64,000 nucleotides of DNA from an uncultured Acidimicrobiaceae bacterium (GTDB lineage: Bacteria > Actinomycetota > Acidimicrobiia > Acidimicrobiales > Bog-793). Of the stretch, positions 13,844-23,030 are shown piece after piece (the first letter of the stretch is position 1; every line of letters starts with the position of its first letter). Under the pieces are notes generated by a model. It saw nothing but the letters and a program-made list of their open reading frames with translations. It was not told where the DNA came from and made no database searches. Where the stretch lies: the NCBI GenBank assembly GCA_963779425.1, contig CAVZYD010000006.1, positions 586,704 to 650,703 on the forward strand. The letters are read 5' to 3'. A program made the translations under genes and the position numbers.

Positions 13844-15322
13844 ATGAACGCTCCTCGTAGGCCGGCCGCCGACAAGATGGAGACCGTCCGGCCCGACGAC
13901 CACGTCATCGTCATGTTCGGGGCCACCGGCGATCTGGCCAAGCGCAAGCTCTTGCCTGGTCTGTTCCGCCTGTCCGCGAGCGGGCTGCTCCCCGAGCACT
14001 ACCGGATCATCGGCTCGTCACCCGCCTCGTTCTCGGTCTCCGACGACGAGTTCCGCCGAAAGGCCCACGATGCCGTGGCCGAGTTCGGCAACGTGCCGCC
14101 CACAGGGCAGGCCTGGGACCGGTTCTCTGCCGCCTTGAGTTTCGGTGCGGCCGACCCGTCCGACACGGCGCCCCTCGTCGCGGCGGTGCGACGAGCAGAC
14201 TCGGAGATCGGTGGCAGCCCGAGGCACCTCTACCATCTCGCCGTGCCGCCTGGAGCCTTCACCTCGGTGGTCGCGATGCTTGGTGCCGCCGGCCTGGCTC
14301 CCGGCGCCCGGGTCATCGTGGAGAAGCCTTTCGGCACCGACCTCGCCTCCGCGCGGGCGCTCAACCAGGCGATCCACGGCGTTTTCGACGAGTCCCAGAT
14401 CTTCCGCATCGACCATTTCCTCGGCAAGGAGTCGGTCGACAACATCCTCGCCTTCCGCTTCGGCAACGGTTTGTTCGAGCCGATCTGGAACCGCGAGCAC
14501 ATCGCCTATGTCCAGATCGACGTTCCCGAGACCCTCTCCATAGAGGGAAGGGCCGCCTTTTACGAGGAGACGGGCGCTTTTCGCGACATGGTCGTCACCC
14601 ACCTGTTCCAGGTGCTCGGTTTCGTGGCCATGGAGCCTCCGACCTCGATCAGCGCCAAGTCGCTACGGGAGGAGAAGACGAAGGTCTTCGACGCCATGAC
14701 CCCGTTGCACGTGGACCGGGTTGTCCGGGGCCAGTACGAGGGCTATCGGTCCGAGGAGGGGGTGCGTGCCGACTCCGACACCGAGACCTTCGTGGCCCTG
14801 CAGGCGGAGGTGGAGAACTGGCGCTGGCAAGGGGTGCCCTTTTATCTCCGCTCGGGAAAGTGCCTGGCTGAAAGTCGCCAGGTCATCACGCTCGGCATCC
14901 GCCAGCCCCCCTTGAAGATGTTTCCCGTGCACGCCACCGGGGGAGAGCGGCGGCGGGGCAACGAGCTCGTCATCGACTTCGGCGACCCGGGCACGATATC
15001 GGGCGAGTTCCTCGTGAAAGAGCCCGGGCCAAAGATGCGCCTGGCCGAGGCGAAGATGGAGTTTCGCTACGAGGATTCCTTCGCCGCCACCTATCAGCTG
15101 GAGGGCTACGAACGCCTGATCCTCGACGCCATGATCGGCGACCAGTCCCTGTTCATCCCCTCTGACGCGATCGAGCGCCTTTGGGAGATCTCCGAACCCC
15201 TCCTCGAGAGTCCCCCGCAGGTCGAGCCCTACGCCAAAGGGTCGTGGGGTCCCGACTCGATCCGCCACCTCGTGGCTCCGCACCGCTGGCACCTGCCGGA
15301 GCACAACGGGCGCCAGCACTGA
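13844..15322 (+). CDS. zwf: glucose-6-phosphate dehydrogenase
   Basis: Intact 492-aa ORF. Motifs are VMFGATGDLAKRKLLPGL (NADP-binding), RIDHFLGKE (active-site signature) and AYERLILDA-like GYERLILDAMIGDQSLF. Confidence 0.9.
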   Translation: MNAPRRPAADKMETVRPDDHVIVMFGATGDLAKRKLLPGLFRLSASGLLPEHYRIIGSSPASFSVSDDEFRRKAHDAVAEFGNVPPTGQAWDRFSAALSFGAADPSDTAPLVAAVRRADSEIGGSPRHLYHLAVPPGAFTSVVAMLGAAGLAPGARVIVEKPFGTDLASARALNQAIHGVFDESQIFRIDHFLGKESVDNILAFRFGNGLFEPIWNREHIAYVQIDVPETLSIEGRAAFYEETGAFRDMVVTHLFQVLGFVAMEPPTSISAKSLREEKTKVFDAMTPLHVDRVVRGQYEGYRSEEGVRADSDTETFVALQAEVENWRWQGVPFYLRSGKCLAESRQVITLGIRQPPLKMFPVHATGGERRRGNELVIDFGDPGTISGEFLVKEPGPKMRLAEAKMEFRYEDSFAATYQLEGYERLILDAMIGDQSLFIPSDAIERLWEISEPLLESPPQVEPYAKGSWGPDSIRHLVAPHRWHLPEHNGRQH

Positions 15323-15384
15323 GCTCGCCGGGGGCCGCCGCTTAGGCCGGAGACGGCCGGGGCGCGCCGGTTCGGTCTTCGGCT

Positions 15385-16017
15385 GTGTCCTTCGTCCTTC
15401 CTGTCCCGACGCCGGCCTCGGCCGGTACGCTCCCGGACGTGTCTGTCGCCGCCGTGATCCTCGCCGCCGGAGCCGGCACGCGCTTCAACCGGGACGACGC
15501 CAACGCCAACCCGGGCGCGAAGTTGCTCGTCCGAGCACGCGGCAAGCCGCTCATCGAGTGGGCGATCGCCCCCGCCCTCGAGGCCGAGCTCGACGAGCTG
15601 GTGGTGGTCTGTGGTGCGGCGGACCTGAGCGGGGTCGTCCCCGAGGACGCCACGCTGCTGCGTAATGACGACTGGCGACTCGGCCAGGCCACCTCGCTTC
15701 GCGTGGCTCTCGACTGGTGCGCCCGCCAAGGCCACCTTTCCGCCGTGATCGGCCTCGGTGACCTGCCCGGACTCACTGCTCAGGCCTGGCGCACCGTGGC
15801 CGGTGCCCGCGGCGGGCCGATCGTCTTCGCGACCTATTACGGGGGGCGAGGCCACCCTGTACGCCTCGACGCCGAGATCTGGTCGCTGCTCCCCATAAGC
15901 GGCGACGAGGGCGCCCGCGCTCTCGCCAACCGTCGCCCCGAGCTCGTGACCGAAGTAGCGTGCGAAGGCACTACGGCCGACATCGATACTCAGGAGGACT
16001 TGCGCCGATGGAGTTGA
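15385..16017 (+). CDS. nucleotidyltransferase-family protein, MocA/MobA-like molybdenum cofactor nucleotidyltransferase
   Basis: VAAVILAAGAGTRF...KLLVRARGKPLIEWAI...LGDLPGLT matches the GT-A-like MobA/MocA fold signature (LAAG.G.R). The 210-aa ORF is intact. Confidence 0.7.
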   Translation: MSFVLPVPTPASAGTLPDVSVAAVILAAGAGTRFNRDDANANPGAKLLVRARGKPLIEWAIAPALEAELDELVVVCGAADLSGVVPEDATLLRNDDWRLGQATSLRVALDWCARQGHLSAVIGLGDLPGLTAQAWRTVAGARGGPIVFATYYGGRGHPVRLDAEIWSLLPISGDEGARALANRRPELVTEVACEGTTADIDTQEDLRRWS

Positions 16018-16373
16018 ACGACGAATCCGAGCACCCCGCTCCAAGCGACGAGGCGACAAAGCCGTCCGCACCGGCCGGGGCGAGCGCGGCCGAGCCCGAC
16101 GACGAGGCCGAGGCTGAGGCCAAGGTCGAAGCCGAGATAGAGGCCGACGTCGCCTCTTACAAGTCCGAGCTCGACGCCGAGGTGGTCGAGGACAAGGCCA
16201 AGGTCGAAAAGGAGGAACTCGCCCACGAGTACCCGCCACCGTACGAAGCGCCCAGCTACCCGATCGCGAAAAGAGAGTCGCTGCTGCGGCGCCTCACGCC
16301 TTATTTGACCGTCGCCGGCCTGCTTCTCATCGCCCGGATAGTCGTCTACTCCCTGCGGCGCCGCCGGCGGTGA
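16008..16373 (+). CDS. hypothetical acidic protein with C-terminal transmembrane anchor
   Basis: ATG 16008 overlaps the upstream gene end by 10 bp, and its stop overlaps the next start (GTGA). The sequence is Glu/Asp/Ala-rich (EAEAEAKVEAEIEADV...), then LTPYLTVAGLLLIARIVVYSLRRRRR. I recognise no family. Confidence 0.45.
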   Translation: MELNDESEHPAPSDEATKPSAPAGASAAEPDDEAEAEAKVEAEIEADVASYKSELDAEVVEDKAKVEKEELAHEYPPPYEAPSYPIAKRESLLRRLTPYLTVAGLLLIARIVVYSLRRRRR

Positions 16374-16861
16374 ACCAAGGCGACCGGGAGGCCGTCGAAG
16401 GGCTCCTCGGAAGGACGCCCGAGGCTGCCTTCGAGGTAGTCGTCCGTGCCGCGGACGGTGGTCCGGTCGTCATCATGAACTCGCCCCTGCTCGACGACGG
16501 CACGCCAATGCCGACGCGCTACTGGCTCGTCGGGCGAAAAGAACGCGACACCGTGAGCCGCCTCGAGTCCCAAGGCGGCGTGCGGGCGGCGGAGAACGCC
16601 GTCGACGCCGCCGAGCTCGAGGCCGCGCACGTCTCCTACCAGGGGCTTCGTGACGCGGCGATGCCGGTAGGGCACACAGGCCCGAAGCCGACGGGCGGCG
16701 TGGGAGGTACCCGCCGCGGCGTCAAATGCCTGCACGCCCATCTCGCCTTCTACCTGGCGGGCGGCGCCGACCCGGTGGGCCGGTGGACCTGCGAGAAGCT
16801 CGGTCTCGACACTTCGAGCTACGGCGTCGATCCTTCTCCAGGCCGAGCGGGCCAGTCGTGA
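16370..16861 (+). CDS. DUF501 domain-containing protein
   Basis: GRTPEAAFEVVVRAADGGPVVIMNSPLLDDGTPMPTRYWLVG...GVKCLHAHLAFYLAGGADPVGRW matches the family encoded between divIC/ftsB and ppx in Actinobacteria (Mycobacterium tuberculosis Rv1025 context). Confidence 0.75.
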   Translation: MNQGDREAVEGLLGRTPEAAFEVVVRAADGGPVVIMNSPLLDDGTPMPTRYWLVGRKERDTVSRLESQGGVRAAENAVDAAELEAAHVSYQGLRDAAMPVGHTGPKPTGGVGGTRRGVKCLHAHLAFYLAGGADPVGRWTCEKLGLDTSSYGVDPSPGRAGQS

Positions 16862-17805
16862 GCGCATCGGGGCCCGTGGCGGCGATCGACCTCGGCACCA
16901 ACTCCACCCGCCTGCTCGTCGCCGACAGCACGGGAGCGAGTCTCGAACGCCTGATGAGGATCACCCGGCTCGGACAGGGCGTGGACCAAACAGGGCGCCT
17001 TTCAAAAGAGGCGATACAGCGCACCGTCGACGTCCTCGTGGAGTTCCGCAAGGTGATGGACCACCTCGGCGTCGTCCGCTTCCGTGCGACGGCGACCTCT
17101 GCGGCCCGGGACGCCGAGAACGAGGCTGAGCTCGCCCGCAGGGTGAAAGAGGTGCTCGGGGCGGTGCCCGAGGTCCTCCAAGGCGGGGAAGAGGCCCGCC
17201 TCACCTACCTTGGGGCGACCCGAGAGCTTGATCCGGCGCTCGGCCCGTATCTGGTCATCGACGTCGGCGGAGGCTCGACAGAGCTCGTCGGGGGCGGGCC
17301 CCCCGGTCTTCACGCCGTGTCACTTGAGATGGGCTGCGTGCGAGTGACGGAACGGTTTTTCGAGCACGACCCGCCCCAACAAAGCGAGCTCGATGCTGCC
17401 AGGCTCTATGTGCGCGCTCTCGTGAGAGGAGCCCTGCAGGCCGAGCCGGGCCTCGGCGGCGCCGCCCAGCTGATCGGGGTCGCGGGCACCGTGAGCGCGC
17501 TCGTGCGCCTTGATCAGGGCCTCGTCGAGTACGACCGGAGGCGGATCCACCACGCCCGGCTGAGCCTTTCCTCAATCGAGGCCATGGCGGGCGAGCTTGC
17601 CTCCATGAGCCTGGCGCGTCGTCTCAAATGGCCGGCACTGGAAGCCGAAAGGGCCGATGTGATCATCGGGGGCGTCATCGTCTTGTCCGAGGCCATGGCC
17701 GCCCTCGGTTTCGAGATGCTGACCGCCTCGGAGGCGGACCTCCTCGACGGGGTAGTGGCCGAGCTGGTCTCAACTCCTCCGGCTGAGGAACCTGCCGTCG
17801 GGTGA
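16858..17805 (+). CDS. ppx: Ppx/GppA-family exopolyphosphatase
   Basis: GTG 16858 overlaps the previous stop (GTGA). AAIDLGTNSTRLLVAD...RATATSAARDAEN...EEARLTYLGA...VIDVGGGSTEL are the ASKHA-fold Ppx/GppA motifs. Confidence 0.85.
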   Translation: MSASGPVAAIDLGTNSTRLLVADSTGASLERLMRITRLGQGVDQTGRLSKEAIQRTVDVLVEFRKVMDHLGVVRFRATATSAARDAENEAELARRVKEVLGAVPEVLQGGEEARLTYLGATRELDPALGPYLVIDVGGGSTELVGGGPPGLHAVSLEMGCVRVTERFFEHDPPQQSELDAARLYVRALVRGALQAEPGLGGAAQLIGVAGTVSALVRLDQGLVEYDRRRIHHARLSLSSIEAMAGELASMSLARRLKWPALEAERADVIIGGVIVLSEAMAALGFEMLTASEADLLDGVVAELVSTPPAEEPAVG

Positions 17806-17809
17806 GCGC

Positions 17810-18562
17810 CTAGGCGCTCTTGGCCTGGACGGCGAGGGCGGCACCCACCTGATCGGCGATGAAGGCCGCCACGAGGAGGCGGTCGGACGACACCGGGACG
17901 CCAGGGGTCGGGACCATGACGAAGCGCCCGAAGGTCTCACCCCGGAAGTCGACGATGAGCTCGACCTCCCGGCCGGGCAAGCCGCTGCGGTGCGCCCCCC
18001 AGCGCAGGCCACCGAGAGCGACCACGCCGGAATGCTCGATGCGGGTGGGGTGACGGTCCGACATCTTGGTCTCGAAACGGCAGTCCTTCAGCTGGAGCAG
18101 GGACTTGAGCTCGACTGCCGCACGGTTGACGACCACCGGTGCAGGCTCGCCCGCCGCGACCAGCTCGGTGAAGTCGTGGATGATGGCGATGTTGTCCGCC
18201 CCCTCCGAGGCCTCCTCGCGGTGGCCGCGGCTGCGGGCGGCGATCTCGGTGATGGCGAGTCCTACGACGAGCAGGCTGATCTCGGTTTGGAGATCAGGGC
18301 GGTCGGTGATGTTGAACGTCTCGTAGGGCTTGGTGAGGAAGAAGTCGAACCAGGCCGCCGAGGACAAGGCGGCGAGCACGCCGGCGAAGCGGTTGCCGAA
18401 AGAGCCGACGGCGACGACGACGAGGACGAGGACGAGGGCGGCGGCGGGCAGGGCGAAGTTCGTCCGGAACGGAACGAGCACGGCGGCCACAGCGAGGGGG
18501 AGCACCAGGCCGCACAGGGCCGCTATCCACGCCTTGTCGAACGCTTCGAGCCAGCGCCTCAT
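17810..18562 (-). CDS. DUF4118 domain-containing membrane protein (KdpD-type sensor membrane domain without kinase)
   Basis: Intact 250-aa ORF. The N-terminal half has 3-4 TM helices (WIAALCGLVLPLAVAAVLVPF...AALVLVLVVVAVGSFGNRFAGVLAALSSAAWFDFFLTKPYETF), typical of DUF4118. The C-terminal ~120 aa are soluble and unassigned. Confidence 0.6.
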   Translation of the reverse strand: MRRWLEAFDKAWIAALCGLVLPLAVAAVLVPFRTNFALPAAALVLVLVVVAVGSFGNRFAGVLAALSSAAWFDFFLTKPYETFNITDRPDLQTEISLLVVGLAITEIAARSRGHREEASEGADNIAIIHDFTELVAAGEPAPVVVNRAAVELKSLLQLKDCRFETKMSDRHPTRIEHSGVVALGGLRWGAHRSGLPGREVELIVDFRGETFGRFVMVPTPGVPVSSDRLLVAAFIADQVGAALAVQAKSA

Positions 18563-18619
18563 CGAGCGCTCCGGGGATAGAGCACGATAGTGACGCTAGC
18601 GCCGCCGGGGCCCCTCCCG

Positions 18620-19804
18620 TTATCCAAAAGCGAGCCGGACCGCCTGGGCGGAGAAGCGTCGCTGGTCCCCGTGCACCTGTTCCGCCCAGGCGCGCCCTTC
18701 TCGGGAGAGCCGCGCCCGCAGCGACGGGCTGTCGAGTATTGCCTTGGCAGCGTCGAACAGCTCGCCGTAATCCCGGTACCAAAGACCACCTTGGGACGCC
18801 TCGGCGATCTCGGCTGCAACCGTGCCCTCGGGCACGACGACCGGTGTGCCGAAAAGGAGGGACTCGAGCGTCTCGCGCCCGACGATGCCTTGCGGGCGGA
18901 GATCGAGGCACAGCTCGGCGTGAGCCAGCAATTTCCACAGATTCGGCCGGGACGCCTTGACGGGGACGACCCGTGACTGCCGGCTGTCGGAGACCGACCA
19001 GGGGCCGAGGGAGACCTCGGCGACAGCGAAGGGACCGAGCAGGCGTCGCACGTAGTCGTGCCCCGGCGAACGCTCCGCTGCCGGCGAGCCCTCGGGAAAC
19101 CCGGTCAGGAGCACGACGAAGCGGCCGAAGTGGGACATCCCGACCATGAGCTGGTCGGCGGCGGGCCGGTTGATCGCAAAGGCGACGTCGAGCTCGACGA
19201 TCTCGGCCGGCGGGGAGGATTCGAGCCGAGAAGGCGCCGCCTGCGCGCGACCGGCGATTCGACGCCTCTCGCCACGCGACAGCACCCCGACGGCATCGAG
19301 GCCGCTCACGAGGGGCCCGAGCTCGGCAAGCTCGAGAAGAGGGTCGTCTCCGAGAAGTGGCGCCGACACGACGCGTGGGGCAGCCCGGGCGAGGTGGAGG
19401 GCCCCGGGGAGCCACCACGTCTCGGGTCCCGCGAGCAGCACCGAGTCCCCCCCGAGCGAGGCGATCAAGTCGACGACACCGGACGCCTGCGCCCGGTGAA
19501 GCTCGACGAGGCTCGGTCCGGAGATCTCAGGGAGCCGGCCCCCTCCGCCGAAGGCGAGGGCCGCTCGCAGCAGGCCGGCATGCGCCCGGTGAGGCTCTTT
19601 GACCGGGACCTCGTGCACGACAAACACGCTGTCGCGTCGCGTCCGGACCGCCTCGGCGTGAGGGGGACACGGCTCCGAGGTGACAAGTGAGACGACCTCG
19701 ACCTCGGCTTGGCCCGAGAGAGCCCCGGCCAAGAGTCGCAGCACGACGCCCGACTCGCCGTGCGAGTCTCCCCAGCGAGCCGTGACGAGGACGATCCGTC
19801 TCAC
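18620..19804 (-). CDS. putative glycosyltransferase (GT-B / GT4-like)
   Basis: 394-aa ORF. The N-terminus MRRIVLVTARWGDSHGESGVV is typical of GT4 enzymes. The C-terminal PQGIVGRETLESLLFGTPVVVPEG resembles the E-x7-E region. It is co-directional and overlapping with the glycosyltransferase genes downstream. Confidence 0.5.
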   Translation of the reverse strand: MRRIVLVTARWGDSHGESGVVLRLLAGALSGQAEVEVVSLVTSEPCPPHAEAVRTRRDSVFVVHEVPVKEPHRAHAGLLRAALAFGGGGRLPEISGPSLVELHRAQASGVVDLIASLGGDSVLLAGPETWWLPGALHLARAAPRVVSAPLLGDDPLLELAELGPLVSGLDAVGVLSRGERRRIAGRAQAAPSRLESSPPAEIVELDVAFAINRPAADQLMVGMSHFGRFVVLLTGFPEGSPAAERSPGHDYVRRLLGPFAVAEVSLGPWSVSDSRQSRVVPVKASRPNLWKLLAHAELCLDLRPQGIVGRETLESLLFGTPVVVPEGTVAAEIAEASQGGLWYRDYGELFDAAKAILDSPSLRARLSREGRAWAEQVHGDQRRFSAQAVRLAFG

Positions 19805-20244
19805 TCGTCGAGCCGCTCGTCGACACGGGTTGCGAACTCGACGAGGTCGGCCCGCAGCGCCCCGATGGTACGCAGTTGGGTTGCCGCCTGGTCATCGACG
19901 CGACGCGCCACGGCGTCGAGGGCGCGCGCTGTCTCTGCGACGCAGTCTTGGACCTTTAGGAGATAGGGCCTCAAGACGGCGAGAACCGCACGGTGGACCA
20001 GGCGCCTCACGAATGCCTTAGGGCCGCCGCCCTCGGGCGGGGCGAGGGCCTGGGTGAGGTCGCAGTTGTCGTGCAGCCAGGTGAGGTGGCCGTTCAATAG
20101 CACGGGGGAGAGCTCGGCGTCCGCGAGCAGAGACTCGAAGGACGCCGACGGCACCCAGGTCCTGGGCCGCTCGGACCGAGAAGCCCGGGGCGCTGACCTC
20201 AGCTCGTCGACGACGCCCCGAGCATCGAGCGGAAGATGTTCCAT
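19801..20244 (-). CDS. hypothetical protein in glycosyltransferase locus
   Basis: 147-aa ORF. Its stop overlaps the start of the downstream GT gene (4 bp), and its annotated start overlaps the upstream 902-aa gene by 46 bp, so the true start may be internal. I recognise no family. Confidence 0.4.
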   Translation of the reverse strand: MEHLPLDARGVVDELRSAPRASRSERPRTWVPSASFESLLADAELSPVLLNGHLTWLHDNCDLTQALAPPEGGGPKAFVRRLVHRAVLAVLRPYLLKVQDCVAETARALDAVARRVDDQAATQLRTIGALRADLVEFATRVDERLDE

Positions 20245-22907
20245 AGCTCACGTTCCTCCTCGGTGGACAAGCGGCAGTACGGGTCGAAATGGGTGAGATT
20301 CCTGTTGTGATAAGGGTCACCGGCAAGCATCTCGTCCCGCCAGCGGTTCCTGAAGACCGGGGTCTCGGCGACGTCGTCCGCGTGCCCTCGGCTCTTGGAC
20401 TCGTAATGGACCAGCTCTGCGAGCGGCGTGTAGACGACGAGGAGGCCTTTGCGGCGCAGGCGCAGGCAGTAGTCAACGTCGTTGAAGGCTACGGGCAGGG
20501 CCGTGTCGAAGCCGCCCAGCTCCTCGAAGCAGGCCCGCCGCGTCATCATGCAAGCCCCGGTGACGGCGGTGCAGTTGCGCGTGAGGTCGGTGATGAGCAT
20601 GTAGCTCGGGTGGCCGAACGGTAGGCCTTGTTGGACATGGCCCGCGCCCCAGCTCATGCCGACGACGATGCCCGCGTGCTGGACGGTGAGGTCCCGATAG
20701 CGCAGCAGGGCACCGACAGCACCCACCTCGTCTCGCTGGGCATGGCCCAGCATCGCCGCCAGCCACCCCTTGGAGCGTGCCTCGATGTCGTTGTTCAAAA
20801 ACAGCAGCACGTCGCCTCGCGCCTTGTCGGCGGCGGCGTTGTTGATCGCCACCCAGTCAAACGGTTGCGGGTCGGAGATGAGGCGCACCTTGGGATCCTT
20901 GGCCAGCTCGGCCGTAAGGGCCTTTGTCTCGGGGAGCTCGCTGGCGTTGTCCACAAAGAGGATCTCGTAGCGGTCCCAACCCGGCGAGCGCACGAGCGAG
21001 CGGTAGCAAGAAGCTGTCATCTCGGGCTCGTCTTTGAAAGGCACGATGATGCTCACGAGTGGTTCGCCGACGATGTCCCGGCGGACGTGGAAGTTCCCCA
21101 CGTAGCGCTCGTGCGGCCCGACCTCCGCTTTGATGCCACGCCTTTCCAGCGCCTCTTTAAGAGCGCGGCGCTCAGCCGCGAAGGCCCACGGCTTCGCGCT
21201 CTGGTCAGCCGAGGTCGAGCCCGCCACCACCCTCCAGTGGTACAAGATCTCCGGCACATGGACCACGGCGCGAGCCGTCTCTGTGGCACGCAGCATCAAG
21301 TCGTAGTCCTGGCTGCCGTCGAACTCGGAGCGAAGCCCGCCGAGGTTCGAAACAAGCGAACGCCGCACTACGAGCAGATGGCAGAAGTAGGCGCTCGAGA
21401 GCAACAGGTCGGGCGACCAGTCGGGCTTGAGGCTCGGCACGCAGCGCTCGCCAGAGGTGCCGATCTTGTCTTCGTCCGAGTACAAGACGTCGGCCTCCGG
21501 GTTGACTGCGATGGCGGCCGCCATCTTGGCGAGGGCTTCGGGGTGCAGCTCGTCGTCGTGGTCCAAAAAGGCGATGTGCTCGCCCCGCGCCCGCTCGAGG
21601 GCCGAGTTCGTGGCCGCCGAGATGCCGCCGGTCTCCTCCCGCAGCACGAGCTCGACGCGGGGATCGAGCCGGGCAAAGGAGCGGAGCTGTTCCTCGAGCG
21701 CCCTGTCGTTCGAGCCGTCGTCGGCCAACACGAGCTGGAAGTCGTGAAAGCTCTGTGTCAGCACGGAGGCAACGCAGCGCTCGAACGCCCACGGTGTTGG
21801 CCGCAGGACCGGGACGACGACGCTGAACAGCGGCGGGCCCTTTAGGTGCGGGCGGGCACGACCCGGGGGCAGTCCGCCGCTCAGGGGCAGCGCGCACGGT
21901 TCACCTCGCCTCTTCAGCCAGCGGTGATACGCCTCGAGGTCCTCCGAGGCGTTCAGGGGATAGGGGCCGGGGACCGGGGCGGGTTCGTCCCCGCGCCCCG
22001 GGCGCGGGAGGAAGGAGGCCAGCTTTTCTGTGGCCCACTCAAGGCCCTTCCAGACCTGTTCTAGGTCTCGGCGCCCGTCGAGCACGGCGGTGACCCAGGG
22101 CGACTCGGCTTCGGGAGACGGGGGGTCGAAGCACTCGTGCACGCCCACGAGCTGTTGGAGCAACGAGGCCAGCTGCTTTTGGCTCGCGAGGAGCAGATCC
22201 TCGTCCTTGACGGCAGAGCCGTTCCCCTCTGGTGCTTGAAGCACCGCTTGGAGCTGTGACGGCGAAGGCTTCTCAGGCGCGCTTCCCCCGTGCCTGGACA
22301 GGAAGCCTTCGAGGTCGCGGGCGAAGCGAGCGGGGTCGTTCCTTGCCGCGAGGCGACTCGTGACGAGCACAGGAAGTCCCCTCAGCTCGGCGAGAGCCGC
22401 GCGCTGGTGGCGCTCCCAGATCGCGAGGGCGCGGGGTTCTTCCGTGCCGTCGTCGTGCATGAGGTCGCGCGCCGCCTCGAGCGGGTCGCCGACGACGAGA
22501 ACTGCCGCCGCCGGCGCACCGACGGCGCGCTGCAACAGCGCCACGAGTGAGGTCACGACCGGGTCGCTGAGCAACAAGGGGCCCGGACCGCGCACCTCGC
22601 CTGCCGCCTGCAAAAAGGCCTTCTTGGCGGGCCTGACGAAGGCTTCCAGCCTGCGCTCGAGCGGGGACGGCCGCTCGCCCGGCTCGCCGGGCGCCACCTG
22701 TTGAGCTCCGTCCCACCAGCTTCGCCCGAGCGAGCGGAGCGCCTGTGCGCAGACCGCCCTCAAGCGCGGTGTCTCCGGCGACGACAAACCGAGCATGCAA
22801 AGCGCCTCTCGGAGGGCATCGAGGTCATGCCCCGGCGTGCCCACGAGGACGAACCACGGACGCGCCGGTCCATTGTTGGTGGTCGGGAAGGCGTCGGGGT
22901 CAGGCAT
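20199..22907 (-). CDS. multidomain glycosyltransferase: ~330-aa N-terminal domain of unknown function followed by two family-2 (GT-A) glycosyltransferase domains
   Basis: Intact 902-aa ORF. GT2 domain 1 is FSVVVPVLRPTPWAFERCVASVLTQSFHDFQLVLADDGSND...IAFLDHDDEL. GT2 domain 2 is VSIIVPFKDEPEMTASCYRSLV...ILFVDNASE...LLFLNNDIE. Confidence 0.8.
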   Translation of the reverse strand: MPDPDAFPTTNNGPARPWFVLVGTPGHDLDALREALCMLGLSSPETPRLRAVCAQALRSLGRSWWDGAQQVAPGEPGERPSPLERRLEAFVRPAKKAFLQAAGEVRGPGPLLLSDPVVTSLVALLQRAVGAPAAAVLVVGDPLEAARDLMHDDGTEEPRALAIWERHQRAALAELRGLPVLVTSRLAARNDPARFARDLEGFLSRHGGSAPEKPSPSQLQAVLQAPEGNGSAVKDEDLLLASQKQLASLLQQLVGVHECFDPPSPEAESPWVTAVLDGRRDLEQVWKGLEWATEKLASFLPRPGRGDEPAPVPGPYPLNASEDLEAYHRWLKRRGEPCALPLSGGLPPGRARPHLKGPPLFSVVVPVLRPTPWAFERCVASVLTQSFHDFQLVLADDGSNDRALEEQLRSFARLDPRVELVLREETGGISAATNSALERARGEHIAFLDHDDELHPEALAKMAAAIAVNPEADVLYSDEDKIGTSGERCVPSLKPDWSPDLLLSSAYFCHLLVVRRSLVSNLGGLRSEFDGSQDYDLMLRATETARAVVHVPEILYHWRVVAGSTSADQSAKPWAFAAERRALKEALERRGIKAEVGPHERYVGNFHVRRDIVGEPLVSIIVPFKDEPEMTASCYRSLVRSPGWDRYEILFVDNASELPETKALTAELAKDPKVRLISDPQPFDWVAINNAAADKARGDVLLFLNNDIEARSKGWLAAMLGHAQRDEVGAVGALLRYRDLTVQHAGIVVGMSWGAGHVQQGLPFGHPSYMLITDLTRNCTAVTGACMMTRRACFEELGGFDTALPVAFNDVDYCLRLRRKGLLVVYTPLAELVHYESKSRGHADDVAETPVFRNRWRDEMLAGDPYHNRNLTHFDPYCRLSTEEERELWNIFRSMLGASSTS

Positions 22908-23030
22908 GGGTTCTCAACGGTCGCCAACGGCCCGATCGCGCAGTCCGCACGCTCACCGGTCTTTAGGGTTGGGTGGCGCAAGTCTACGCGTGAGGTCGCC
23001 GGATCTGCGACGATAGTGACGTGAGCAACC

